Shown here: piece after piece, positions 18,986 to 30,054 of the stretch
Layout of the letters: each line of letters starts with the position of its first letter
Position numbering within the stretch: the stretch's first letter is position 1
DNA from: an uncultured Bacillota bacterium
GTDB lineage: Bacteria > Sysuimicrobiota > Sysuimicrobiia > Sysuimicrobiales > Segetimicrobiaceae
Length of the DNA: 64,000 nucleotides
Assembly: GCA_963804645.1 (NCBI GenBank)
Contig: CAWDRG010000009.1
Span: 416,001-480,000 of the forward strand
Reading direction: 5' to 3'
The notes under the pieces: model-generated
Databases searched by the model: none
What the model was told of the DNA's origin: nothing
What the model saw: the letters and a program-made list of their open reading frames with translations, nothing else
Translations under genes and position numbers: made by a program

Positions 18986-19015
18986 ACTATACCACAGACA
19001 CGGCACCGCGTTCAA
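18986..19015 (-). promoter_or_regulatory. rpmH promoter
   Basis: TTGAAC-N18-TATAGT with TGn extended -10. Confidence 0.6.
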
Positions 19016-19156
19016 CGCGGGCGCCCCGGAACCGACGGCCCCGCTCCGACGCGCCCCTCGCGAGATCAGGAACCCACGCAGTTGCGCGCCGTTACCGCTC
19101 ACAGATCACTCAGCCGTCCCGTCAGATCGCCGCCCGGTATCAGATCGTGGGTTGGC

Positions 19157-19482
19157 TGTGGATAACCTCAAGATATCTCCCAGAATTACCCACATTTCGT
19201 GACCAAGTTGTCACGGAGGATGCTCGATTTTGGTCCAATTTCGGTCTGATCCATGATCTCTAAAGGAGTTTTCCTATCTTATCCACAATCTTTTCCACAC
19301 CTGTGGATAACGGTGTTGCCGACGCCATCCGGCCTATCCTGACGCGTTCTACGCATACCTCTCGCTGATCCCTGTCGTCGGAAAACGAGGAAAGTCGATG
19401 ATCGTCTTTCCACAATGCTGGTTGCTTTATGGCAGGTCAGCGGCAGACGAGGAAAGGGTCCAATGCTGCGCATTGTGGAAGG
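19157..19482. promoter_or_regulatory. upstream DnaA-box cluster (left part of bipartite oriC / dnaA-operon control region)
   Basis: Perfect boxes TGTGGATAA 19157-19165, TTATCCACA 19279-19287, TGTGGATAA 19302-19310; 1-mismatch boxes 19186-19194 and 19291-19299; weaker ones 19406-19414 and 19474-19482. Confidence 0.9.
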
Positions 19483-19534
19483 AGCGCACCATGGTGCGTC
19501 CAATTAGCGTCGATGTTCGCGGGAGGGGGGAGTG

Positions 19535-20329
19535 ATGCAGGACTTCTTCCTGCGGCTCGCATCCCAGGCCAAAGGAGAGCCGCAGGACGTTGCGCCTGCG
19601 CCGGAAGTGCGCATGGCCATCTATGACTCCCCACTGGCCCCGCCCCAGGTGGTGTCGCTCTCAGCGGAGGATTTCGGCCAGCTCGTCGGAGAGCTGGCGG
19701 CGCGCACGCACAACTACGCCCGCGAACGAGGCGGCCGCATTCCATTCGTGGTGATTCGGGAGATCGTGGAGAACCTCATACACGCGCTGTTCCAGAACGC
19801 CGTCGTGTCGATCATGGACGACGGCAACACGATTCGGATCTCCGACCAGGGGCCGGGCATCCGGGACAAGGATCATGCGTTCCAGCCGGGCTTTACCACC
19901 GCGACGCGTGAGATGCGGGCGTTCATCAAGGGCGTCGGCTCGGGACTGCCCGTCGCCCGCGAGCAGCTCGCGTTCCTCGGCGGCGCAATTTCGATCGAGG
20001 ACAATCTCGACCACGGGACGGTGGTCACGCTTCGGGTGGGTCAGTCGCGCGACGCCGCCCCGCTCGCGCCGACGGCGCCGAGCCCGCGGCCGGCCGAACC
20101 GCCGCGGCTGCGGCTCTCCGATCGACAGCGCAAGATCCTGCTGTTGATCGCGGAGCTCGGCTCCGCCGGGCCATCGACGATCGCCAAAGAACTCGGGATC
20201 AGCCAGAGCACCGCGTTTCGGGAGCTGGCGGCGCTGCAGAAGCACCAGTTGCTGGCGCAGCGCACCCCGGGCAAGCGGACGCTCACGGAAGACGGCATCG
20301 CATATCTTGGGAACGTCTTCAGACCGTAA
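19535..20329 (+). CDS. stand-alone GHKL (HATPase_c) ATP-binding protein with C-terminal winged-helix DNA-binding domain
   Basis: N-box REIVENLIHA, G1 ISDQGPGI, F-box AFQPGFTT, G2 GVGSGL, GTVVTL; Pro-rich linker; LSDRQRKIL...PSTIAKELGISQSTAFRELAAL HTH; GGAGG SD (alternative GTG start at 19532). Confidence 0.85.
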   Translation: MQDFFLRLASQAKGEPQDVAPAPEVRMAIYDSPLAPPQVVSLSAEDFGQLVGELAARTHNYARERGGRIPFVVIREIVENLIHALFQNAVVSIMDDGNTIRISDQGPGIRDKDHAFQPGFTTATREMRAFIKGVGSGLPVAREQLAFLGGAISIEDNLDHGTVVTLRVGQSRDAAPLAPTAPSPRPAEPPRLRLSDRQRKILLLIAELGSAGPSTIAKELGISQSTAFRELAALQKHQLLAQRTPGKRTLTEDGIAYLGNVFRP

Positions 20330-20368
20330 GACGGGGCCCGCGACCCGACGGGCCTGGGAGGATCCTGG

Positions 20369-21736
20369 ATGGAAACACAGAGCGCGGCCGTAAACCAAGT
20401 TTGGCAAGAGGCGCTGACGCGCATCGAAAGTCAGTTGAGCAAACCAAGTTTTGAGGCGTTTCTCAAGGCGATGCGACCCGTCACCCTGGACCGGGATGTG
20501 TTCGTGTTCTCGGTCCCGAGCCTGTTTGCCAAAGAATGGCTGGAGGGACGGTACCTCGGCCTGATCGCGGAGACGCTGCGAGAAGTGCTGACCCGCGGCG
20601 TCGACGTCCGCTTCGTCGTCTCAGACTTGGACGTGCCCGCCCCGCGGATCGCGCCTGGCCCCCAGGAGATCGCCACGTCGATTCCTAAATCCGGGCCGGT
20701 CGATTCCCTGACGTTTACCGGCAAATACACGTTCGACACGTTCGTGGTCGGCAGCGGCAACCGGTTTGCCCATGCGGCCGCTCTCGCGGTCGCCGAGGCG
20801 CCCGCGAGAGCCTACAACCCCCTGTTTATCTACGGCGGCGTAGGACTTGGCAAGACCCATCTGCTCCAGGCCATCGGACATCGTGTCCTCACCCACAAGC
20901 AGATCGCCCGGGTGATGTACGTGTCGTCCGAACGCTTCACGAACGAAATGATCAACGCGATCCGCGACGACAAAATGGTGGAGTTCCGAAACCGCTACCG
21001 AAGCGTCGACGTACTGCTCATCGACGACATCCAGTTCCTGGCCGGCAAGGAGCGGACACAAGAAGAATTTTTCCACACGTTCAACACGCTCCACGAGTCG
21101 GGCCGTCAGCTGATCATCAGCAGCGACCGCCAGCCTCGAGAGATTCCGACGCTCGAAGACCGCCTGCGCTCTCGGTTCGAATGGGGCCTCATCGCGGACA
21201 TCGAACCGCCCGACTACGAGACCCGCATCGCGATCCTGAGGAAGAAGGCCGAACTCGACGCGATCGCCGTGCCGGACGAAGTCACGCAGTACATTGCGCA
21301 GCGAATTTCGTCGAACATCCGCGAACTCGAGGGCGCCCTCAGCCGACTGCGCGCGCACGCGGAGATGCAGCGCACGACGATCTCCATCGACCTGGCGATC
21401 GAAGTCCTCAAAGAAATCCTGCCCCAGGCGCGGATCCGACCCGTCACCATCCCGGGGATCCAGCGCGCCGTCGCCGAGTTCTTCGGCATCCGCATCGAGG
21501 AAATGAAGGCCAAGCGCCGCACCAAAGGCGTGGCGTTCCCGCGCCAGGTCGCCATGTATCTCTCCCGAGAACTGACCGATGCGTCACTGCCGCGCATCGG
21601 CGAGGAGTTCGGAGGGCGCGACCACACCACGGTGATGCACGCGTGCGATCGGGTAAAGAGCGCCTTGATCCACGACTCCCATCTCGCCGCCGGTATCAAA
21701 AGTCTTGTGGACAGTTTCCGGACCGAGCGCCCGTAA
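20369..21736 (+). CDS. dnaA: chromosomal replication initiator DnaA
   Basis: YTFDTFVVG, YNPLFIYGGVGLGKT, LLIDDIQF, RELEGAL, GGRDHTTVMH. Confidence 0.99.
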   Translation: METQSAAVNQVWQEALTRIESQLSKPSFEAFLKAMRPVTLDRDVFVFSVPSLFAKEWLEGRYLGLIAETLREVLTRGVDVRFVVSDLDVPAPRIAPGPQEIATSIPKSGPVDSLTFTGKYTFDTFVVGSGNRFAHAAALAVAEAPARAYNPLFIYGGVGLGKTHLLQAIGHRVLTHKQIARVMYVSSERFTNEMINAIRDDKMVEFRNRYRSVDVLLIDDIQFLAGKERTQEEFFHTFNTLHESGRQLIISSDRQPREIPTLEDRLRSRFEWGLIADIEPPDYETRIAILRKKAELDAIAVPDEVTQYIAQRISSNIRELEGALSRLRAHAEMQRTTISIDLAIEVLKEILPQARIRPVTIPGIQRAVAEFFGIRIEEMKAKRRTKGVAFPRQVAMYLSRELTDASLPRIGEEFGGRDHTTVMHACDRVKSALIHDSHLAAGIKSLVDSFRTERP

Positions 21737-21799
21737 AGTGGGGATGCGGTAGGCCGTCATCCACCGGTGTGCCCGTCTTGTCAGGACGCCTCTGGACGA

Positions 21800-21929
21800 C
21801 GTGCATAACGCACGGAAAAGGACCTTATGGTTATCCACAGGTTGAAACCCTTATCGGATGCCCTTCAGAGCCGATATTCACATAATCCACAGGTTCTACT
21901 ATGACTACGACGAATATTTATTATAAAAA
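21800..21929. promoter_or_regulatory. oriC unwinding region (DnaA boxes, DnaA-trios, AT-rich element)
   Basis: Perfect TTATCCACA 21831-21839; tandem 1-mismatch boxes ATATTCACA 21874-21882 and TAATCCACA 21883-21891; trios CTA-CTA-TGA-CTA-CGA-CGA 21896-21913; AT run to 21929; same layout as Bacillus subtilis incC. Confidence 0.9.
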
Positions 21930-21948
21930 GAACCCCTAGGAGCGGGAT

Positions 21949-23058
21949 ATGCGTTTTTCGTGTTCTCAGGAGCAGTTGCTCCGAAGTGTCCAGACGGTGG
22001 GACGCGCAATCTCTCCAAGGGCTAGTATGCCGATTTTGGGCAATATTCTGCTCGAAGCTTCAAAAGACGGCGTAAAGCTGGCCGCCACCGATCTGGAACT
22101 GGGGATCGAGGCCCACCTCAATGCAAAGGTCATGGAGGAGGGAGCCGTCACGCTTCCGGCGAGGATTCTCACCGATATCGTGACCAATCTGCCCGAGGCT
22201 CCGGTGGAAATCACGGTAGAGGAAGGCGATGCCAAAGCCATTATTTCGTGCGAATCGGTGAAATTCGAGCTTGTTGGGCTTCCCAGCACGGACTTTCCGA
22301 TCATGCCGAGCGGAGATGGTAACGTTCTTGTGAAGATCGACGGGAGTTTACTGCGTACGATGATCCGGCAGACCAGTTTTGCGGTCTCGACGGATGAAAC
22401 ACGGCCATTCCTGACCGGGGTCTATGTCATGATCGAGGGCGGAGCCGGCCAGTTGGTGGCCACCGACGGGGGACGACTCGCGCTGCGGCGGGCCAAAATC
22501 TCAGGAGAGCCTCGCGGTAAAATCTCCGCGATCGTCCCAAACAAGACAATGGCGGAACTCGTGCGTGTGCTGGGCCTGCTCGAGGGTGATGTCACAATCG
22601 CGTCGCAAGAGAACCAGTTGGTCTTCACCCTGCCCGGTCTCCGATTCGTGTCTCGATTGATTGCCGGGCAGTTTCCCAACTACGAGCAGGTCATCCCGAA
22701 AGAATTCAAGCAGCGCATCAAGGTTGGAACCGAACGCCTGCTTCGGGCTGTGCGGCGCGCGAGCATCACGGCGCGGGACTCCGCGAATGTGGTTCGCCTG
22801 AGTGCGGACGGCGCCACGCTGACGATCAGCTCGAATACGCCGGACGTGGGCAAGGCGCAGGAAGACGTTCCTGTTACCGCGGAGGGTGACGCGATTCCGG
22901 TGGCGTTCAACGCCAAGTTTCTCATGGACGCACTCAGCAACATGGACGCGCCCGAGGTTTGGCTGGAACTGACCGGACCGCTGAGCCCGGGGGCGCTGCG
23001 GCCGGTCGAGCATGCCGACTACGTGTACGTCCTGGCTCCGGTCCGTGTCTACGGATAG
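21949..23058 (+). CDS. dnaN: DNA polymerase III beta sliding clamp
   Basis: ATDLELGI, TSFAVSTDETRPFLTGV, VATDGGRLA, FPNYEQVIP, AFNAKFLMDAL. Confidence 0.98.
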   Translation: MRFSCSQEQLLRSVQTVGRAISPRASMPILGNILLEASKDGVKLAATDLELGIEAHLNAKVMEEGAVTLPARILTDIVTNLPEAPVEITVEEGDAKAIISCESVKFELVGLPSTDFPIMPSGDGNVLVKIDGSLLRTMIRQTSFAVSTDETRPFLTGVYVMIEGGAGQLVATDGGRLALRRAKISGEPRGKISAIVPNKTMAELVRVLGLLEGDVTIASQENQLVFTLPGLRFVSRLIAGQFPNYEQVIPKEFKQRIKVGTERLLRAVRRASITARDSANVVRLSADGATLTISSNTPDVGKAQEDVPVTAEGDAIPVAFNAKFLMDALSNMDAPEVWLELTGPLSPGALRPVEHADYVYVLAPVRVYG

Positions 23059-23061
23059 TCC

Positions 23062-23289
23062 GTGCCGGATCGCGGTGTTGAAACGGTGACAATTTCGACG
23101 CCGCAGATTGCCCTGGGCGCGTTCCTCAAGTGGGCCGGGATCGCGGATACCGGCGGCGCCGCGAAAACGCTGGCGCAGCAGGGCCGCGTCGCGGTCAACG
23201 GGGTCGTCGAGCGGAGGCGGGGACGCGAGCTGCGTGCCGGGGACGTCGTCGTGGTAGGCGGTCGGGAGTATCGCGTTGCGAATCGTTGA
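23062..23289 (+). CDS. yaaA: S4-domain RNA-binding protein (YaaA-like)
   Basis: I.LGAFLKWAGIADTGGAAK...V.VNG..E.RRGR.L; conserved position between dnaN and recF. Confidence 0.88.
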   Translation: MPDRGVETVTISTPQIALGAFLKWAGIADTGGAAKTLAQQGRVAVNGVVERRRGRELRAGDVVVVGGREYRVANR

Positions 23290-24379
23290 GCTGCGCCTGC
23301 GGGATTTTCGGAACTACGTCGCCGAGGATGTGACGTTTGGCGACGGGATCACCGTTTTCGCCGGACCCAACGCGCAGGGAAAGAGTAATCTCCTCGAGTC
23401 GATTTATACCGTCGCGGTCGGGCGGAGCCCGCGCGCGACGGCGGACGTGGAATTGGTGCGATTCGGGCAGGACCGCGCGTATATCAGAGCGGTCGTTGAG
23501 GGCGGGCGTGCGAGCGCACTTGAGGTGGCCGTGGATCGGGTCTCGGGCGAGAAGCGTATCAAGGTGAACGGGGTGGTTACACAGCGGGGACAGCTGCTCG
23601 GGCGGCTGGCGGTCGTGCTCGCGGGGCCGCTGGACGACGAGTTGATCCGGGGCGGGCCGGCGTATCGGCGCCGTCTGATGGACGCGGCGCTGAGTCAGAT
23701 GAGCCCGTCGTATTACTTCAACTTGAGCCGGTATCTTCGTGTCGTGCGGCAGCGGAATCGTCTGCTCAAGGCCGGCGCCGCGGCGGCGGCCCTGGCGCCG
23801 TGGGACACGCAGTTTGTGGAGTTGGGGGCGACGCTGGTCGAGCGGCGCTACCAGTTCGTCCAGGGGCTGGCGGCGCGTGCGCGTGCACGGCACGCGCGCA
23901 TCGCCGTCGGCGAGGAAGTGCTGGGGGTGGTGTACGAGGCGTCCGGCGTGATCGAGGGGACGGATCGCGAGGACGATGCGCGCGCGCAACTGGGGCGCGC
24001 GCTCGCCGCGCGGCGGGGAGAAGAACTGCGGCGGGGCACGAGCGTCGTGGGCCCGCACCGGGACGACTTGGCTTTTACCGTGAACGGCATCGATCTCAGA
24101 GTGTTTGGGTCGCGCGGCCAGCAGCACACGGCCGCGCTGAGCCTGCGGTTGGGAGAGGTGGAACTGCTGCGGGACGAACTCGGGGAGTGGCCGGTCGTGC
24201 TGCTGGATGACGTGCTGGCCGACCTGGATCTGGAACGACAGGCGGCGCTGCTGGGAGAGGTCGTGGGCCCACAAGTGCTGATGACGCATACGCGCGTGCC
24301 GGAAGCGCCGGGGGTGTCCGTTCGCCACGTGGCGGTGATGTCCGGTAAGCTCGTGAGGGATGCGGATGTACGCGCTTAA
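23276..24379 (+). CDS. recF: DNA replication/repair protein RecF
   Basis: FRNY, GPNAQGKSNLLE, GPHRDDL, GSRGQQ, LLDDVLADLD; TTG start. Confidence 0.97.
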   Translation: MRIVELRLRDFRNYVAEDVTFGDGITVFAGPNAQGKSNLLESIYTVAVGRSPRATADVELVRFGQDRAYIRAVVEGGRASALEVAVDRVSGEKRIKVNGVVTQRGQLLGRLAVVLAGPLDDELIRGGPAYRRRLMDAALSQMSPSYYFNLSRYLRVVRQRNRLLKAGAAAAALAPWDTQFVELGATLVERRYQFVQGLAARARARHARIAVGEEVLGVVYEASGVIEGTDREDDARAQLGRALAARRGEELRRGTSVVGPHRDDLAFTVNGIDLRVFGSRGQQHTAALSLRLGEVELLRDELGEWPVVLLDDVLADLDLERQAALLGEVVGPQVLMTHTRVPEAPGVSVRHVAVMSGKLVRDADVRA

Positions 24380-24695
24380 GGAGCTGCTCGGCGATGCGCT
24401 GACCGCGCTTGTGGGGCCGCGCCGAGCGCGGCAGGCCGCGGTGCTCGATGTGTGGCCGGAGGTGGTGGGCGAGGGGCGCGCGCGCCATGCGCGCGCCGTC
24501 GGCGTGCGCGGGAGCACGCTCGTGGTCGCCACGGATCTGCCGGCCGTGTACTACGAGCTCGGCCTGCGGCGGGCCGAGTTGGTGGCGTCGTTGAATCAGC
24601 GCGCCGGCGGGGACGCGATCACCGAGATTCAGCTGCAGATGCGGCCGCTCGGTCGGAGCGACGACGGCGCCGAGAGGGAATCGGGCGCGCCGTAG
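24366..24695 (+). CDS. DUF721/DciA-family protein (helicase loader-like)
   Basis: W.EVVG...ARHARA..VRGSTLVV...EL...RAELVASLN pattern; position after recF; alternative ATG at 24360. Confidence 0.8.
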   Translation: MYALKELLGDALTALVGPRRARQAAVLDVWPEVVGEGRARHARAVGVRGSTLVVATDLPAVYYELGLRRAELVASLNQRAGGDAITEIQLQMRPLGRSDDGAERESGAP

Positions 24696-24716
24696 GCGCT
24701 CGAGGCGCGTGTCGTC

Positions 24717-24986
24717 ATGTATGTGCATCTCGGCGGAGATATTGTGGTGCCGATTCAGGACATCATCGGGATCTTCGACACGAGGATCCTCGTAGGCAAC
24801 GATGATAATCATCGGTTTCTCTCGAATGCCGTCGCAAACAAGAGAATGATGAGCGAGATTCATGATCGCGATCGAAAATCGCTCGTGGTGACAACCAACG
24901 GCGTATATTGGTCTGCGATTTCGTCGCTTACCCTTGTTAGGCGCGTGACGAACGTGCAGTGGGGATTGAGCGTTTCTGAAGGCTGA
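24717..24986 (+). CDS. remB: DUF370/RemB (YaaB)-family protein
   Basis: MYVHLGGDIVV..DIIGIFD...KSLVVT..VY.S.ISS.TL.RR; recF-gyrB position as in Bacillota. Confidence 0.85.
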   Translation: MYVHLGGDIVVPIQDIIGIFDTRILVGNDDNHRFLSNAVANKRMMSEIHDRDRKSLVVTTNGVYWSAISSLTLVRRVTNVQWGLSVSEG

Positions 24987-25044
24987 AACCCAATGGTGGT
25001 AAGGGTTTCAGCCGATTGACCCCGTAGAATATTTCTGTTAGCAT
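24981..25044 (+). promoter_or_regulatory. gyrB promoter with upstream 11-bp inverted repeat
   Basis: GGCTGAAACCC-N11-GGGTTTCAGCC (24981-25013) next to TTGACC-N17-TAGCAT with TGn extended -10 (25016-25044). Confidence 0.65.
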
Positions 25045-25105
25045 ATATATTGAAGAAATTCTTTGAGGGCGTGGCGTTTGCCATGCCCTATTTGGTGGTT
25101 GGTGA

Positions 25106-27034
<1,929 letters not shown>

Positions 27035-27079
27035 GGCACGCGAACGGAGCGGGCACCGCCCCAGGATGAAGGAGAGGGA

Positions 27080-29518
27080 ATGGCGAGCGAAGAGAAAGTG
27101 AACCCACGGCCGATCGCGGACGAGATGAAGGCGTCGTACTTGGATTACGCGATGTCCGTCATCGTCAGCCGGGCGCTCCCGGACGTCCGGGACGGCCTGA
27201 AGCCGGTGCAGCGGAGGATCCTGTACGGCGCCTCCGAGATGGGGCTAGCGCCCGACCGGGCGTACAAGAAGTGCGCGCGCCTCGTGGGCGACGTCATGGG
27301 CCGCTACCACCCGCACGGGGACGCCCCGGTGTACGAGGCGCTCGTCCGCATGGCGCAGGACTTCAGCTTCCGCTACCCGCTGATTGACGGGCAGGGCAAC
27401 TTTGGCAGCGTCGACGGCGACCCGCCGGGGGCGATGCGGTACACCGAGGCGCGCTTGTCGCGGATGGCGCTCGAACTGCTCGCCGACATCGACAAGGAGA
27501 CGGTGGCGTTCGTTCCCAACTTCGACCAGTCGCTGCAGGAGCCCGTCGTCCTGCCGAGCCGCGTGCCGAGTCTCCTGATGAACGGCGCCACCGGCATCGC
27601 GGTCGGGATGGCCACCAACATTCCGCCGCACAACCTGGGGGAGCTGATCGACGCGCTCACGGCGATGATCGACGATCCGGACATCGAGACCGACGAGCTG
27701 CTCAAGATCGTCAAGGGCCCCGATTTCCCGACCGGCGGCCTGATCCTCGGGCGCGACGGCATCCGCGCGGCGTACAAGGAAGGACGCGGCAGCATCACCG
27801 TCCGGGCGAAGGCGGAGATGGAAGAGCTCCGCGGCGGCCGCATTGCGATCATCGTCACCGAACTGCCGTACATGGTGAACAAGGCGGCGCTGATCGAACG
27901 GATCGCGCAGCTCGTGCGCGACAAGAAGCTCAACGGCGTGAGCGATCTCCGAGACGAGAGCGACCGCCGCGGCATGCGGATCATGATCGAGCTGCGCCGC
28001 GACGTGAATCCGCAGATCGTGCAGAACCAGCTGTTCAAGCACACGCAGATGCAGACCACGTTCGGCGCGATCATGCTGTCGCTGGTGGACGGCGTGCCGC
28101 GCGTGCTCACGCTGCGCCAGATGCTGCAGCACTACCTCGACCACCGGAAGAACATCATCGTCCGCCGGACCGAGTTCGAGCTGCGGAAGGCGAAGGCGCG
28201 GGCCCACATCCTCGAAGGCCTGAAGATCGCGGTCAAGTTTCTCGACGCGGTGATCGCGCTCATTCGGAAGGCCAAGGACGTGCCGACCGCGCGCGCCGGC
28301 CTGATGAAACAGTTCAAGCTGAGCGAGATCCAGGCGGATGCGATTCTCGAGATGCGGCTGCAGCGGCTGACCGAGCTCGAGCGCGAGAAGCTCGACGAGG
28401 AGTACAAGGAGCTGATCAAGGCGATCGCCGTGTTCGAGGACATCCTGCGCAACGAGCGGAAGGTGTTCGCCCTGATCAAGGGCGAGCTGGCTGAGGCGAA
28501 GCGCCGCTTCGCGGACCCGCGGCGCACCCGGATCACCGGCAAGGACGTGGAGTTCGAGGACGAGGACCTGATCCCCGACGTCGAGGTCGTGGTGACGCTG
28601 ACCCACAACGGGTACATCAAGCGGCTGCCGCTCGACACCTACCGGCGGCAGAGCCGGGGCGGCCGCGGGGTGATGGGGATGGAGACCAAGGAAGAGGACT
28701 ACATCGAACTCGTCCAGGTGACGACCAACCACGCGTTTCTGCTGTTCTTCACCAACCGCGGCAAGGTCTACCGCATCAAAGCGCACGAGGTGCCGGAGGC
28801 CGGGCGGACCGCGAAGGGGACGAGCCTGGTCAACTTGTTCAACGTTGCGCAGGGCGAGCGCGTCAACGCGATCATTCCGATCCGGTCATTCGAGGACGCG
28901 GGATTCCTGTTCTTCGCCACCGCCAGCGGCTTCGTGAAGCGCACGGGCCTCATGGAGTTCCTGAACGCGAAGCGCGGCGGCATCGCGGCGATCACGCTCG
29001 ACAAGGGCAGCGAGCTGGTCGGCGTGCACCTGACCGACGGCAAGCAGGAGATCCTGCTCGCCTCGCGCCGCGGCCAGGCGATCCGATTCAAGGAAGCCAA
29101 CGTCCGCGAGATGGGACGCCAGGCGCACGGCGTCCGCGGGATGCGGCTGCGCAGCGACGATGCGGTCGTCGGCATGGCGCGCAGCGGCGAAGGCCACGAG
29201 CTCCTCACCGTGACGGAGATGGGCTTCGGGAAGCGGACGCCGCTCTCGCAGTACCGCATGCAGACGCGCGGCGGGTCCGGGGTCAAGAATATGCGCCTCA
29301 CCGCCAAGACGGGGGCCGTGGTGGCGGTCCGCGCCGTGCGCGAGGACGAGGAGATGCTCGTCATCACGGCCCGGGGCATTATCAGCCGGCTGTCGGTCAA
29401 GGAGATCTCCACGCAGGGACGCGCGGCGCAGGGGGTGCGGCTGAAGCGGCTCGACGAGGGCGATCGGGTGGCGGCGATCGCGCCGATCGCGGCGCGCGAG
29501 GCGGACGCGGGCGCGTAA
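27080..29518 (+). CDS. gyrA: DNA gyrase subunit A
   Basis: [25 protein letters not shown], GyrA-box QSRGGRG. Confidence 0.98.
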   Translation: MASEEKVNPRPIADEMKASYLDYAMSVIVSRALPDVRDGLKPVQRRILYGASEMGLAPDRAYKKCARLVGDVMGRYHPHGDAPVYEALVRMAQDFSFRYPLIDGQGNFGSVDGDPPGAMRYTEARLSRMALELLADIDKETVAFVPNFDQSLQEPVVLPSRVPSLLMNGATGIAVGMATNIPPHNLGELIDALTAMIDDPDIETDELLKIVKGPDFPTGGLILGRDGIRAAYKEGRGSITVRAKAEMEELRGGRIAIIVTELPYMVNKAALIERIAQLVRDKKLNGVSDLRDESDRRGMRIMIELRRDVNPQIVQNQLFKHTQMQTTFGAIMLSLVDGVPRVLTLRQMLQHYLDHRKNIIVRRTEFELRKAKARAHILEGLKIAVKFLDAVIALIRKAKDVPTARAGLMKQFKLSEIQADAILEMRLQRLTELEREKLDEEYKELIKAIAVFEDILRNERKVFALIKGELAEAKRRFADPRRTRITGKDVEFEDEDLIPDVEVVVTLTHNGYIKRLPLDTYRRQSRGGRGVMGMETKEEDYIELVQVTTNHAFLLFFTNRGKVYRIKAHEVPEAGRTAKGTSLVNLFNVAQGERVNAIIPIRSFEDAGFLFFATASGFVKRTGLMEFLNAKRGGIAAITLDKGSELVGVHLTDGKQEILLASRRGQAIRFKEANVREMGRQAHGVRGMRLRSDDAVVGMARSGEGHELLTVTEMGFGKRTPLSQYRMQTRGGSGVKNMRLTAKTGAVVAVRAVREDEEMLVITARGIISRLSVKEISTQGRAAQGVRLKRLDEGDRVAAIAPIAAREADAGA

Positions 29519-29520
29519 TC

Positions 29521-29934
29521 GTGAGCCTGGGGCTGCTGATCATTCGAGTGGCGCTCGGCTTGACGTTTTTTCTTCACGGCAGCCAGAAGCTGTTCGGATG
29601 GTTCGGAGGAGGCGGCATCGCGGGGACTGCGCGCTACCTGGAGGGGCTCGGCATTCGTCCCGGGCGCTTTTGGGCGATCCTCGTGGGCCTCGGCGAGTTC
29701 GGCGGCAGCGTGCTCGTCGGCGTCGGGTATCTGACGGTGTTGGGCGCGTTCCTGATCATCATCACGATGGTCGTCGCGATCTCGGCCGCCGCGGGGCGGC
29801 ACGGGTTCTGGGTGGAGCGCGGCGGCTACGAATACAACCTGCTCATCATCGCCGTGGCGCTCGCCCTCATCTTTACCGGCCCCGGCATGTACTCGTTCGA
29901 CTACACCTCCGGGACGCGCGTGCTCGGTCCGTAA
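29521..29934 (+). CDS. DoxX-family membrane protein
   Basis: RVALG..F..HGSQKLFGWFGG.G, GEFGG, GGYEY, GPG.YS.D. Confidence 0.9.
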   Translation: MSLGLLIIRVALGLTFFLHGSQKLFGWFGGGGIAGTARYLEGLGIRPGRFWAILVGLGEFGGSVLVGVGYLTVLGAFLIIITMVVAISAAAGRHGFWVERGGYEYNLLIIAVALALIFTGPGMYSFDYTSGTRVLGP

Positions 29935-30054
29935 CCCGCTCGGCCCGTCCGGATCGCCTCGGCCCGCGCCGTCGTCCAGCAGGGGGGAATCGTTCCGCGC
30001 GGCGAACACACTAGTGGCGAGGCACCGTCAACGCCGCGCCGGAGGGCGTGATCG

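Noticed and set aside
18170..19102. 310-aa ORF suggesting a long YidD fusion
   Set aside because: Only the last 73 codons are YidD; the rest overlaps rnpA and rpmH out of frame
19340..19530. Known riboswitch (c-di-GMP, c-di-AMP, ZTP) in the leader of the GHKL gene
   Set aside because: Consensus nucleotides of these classes are not recognisable; the repeats are reported as a finding instead
19535..20329. Classical sensor histidine kinase
   Set aside because: No HisKA/H-box, sensor or TM domain, and no neighbouring response regulator
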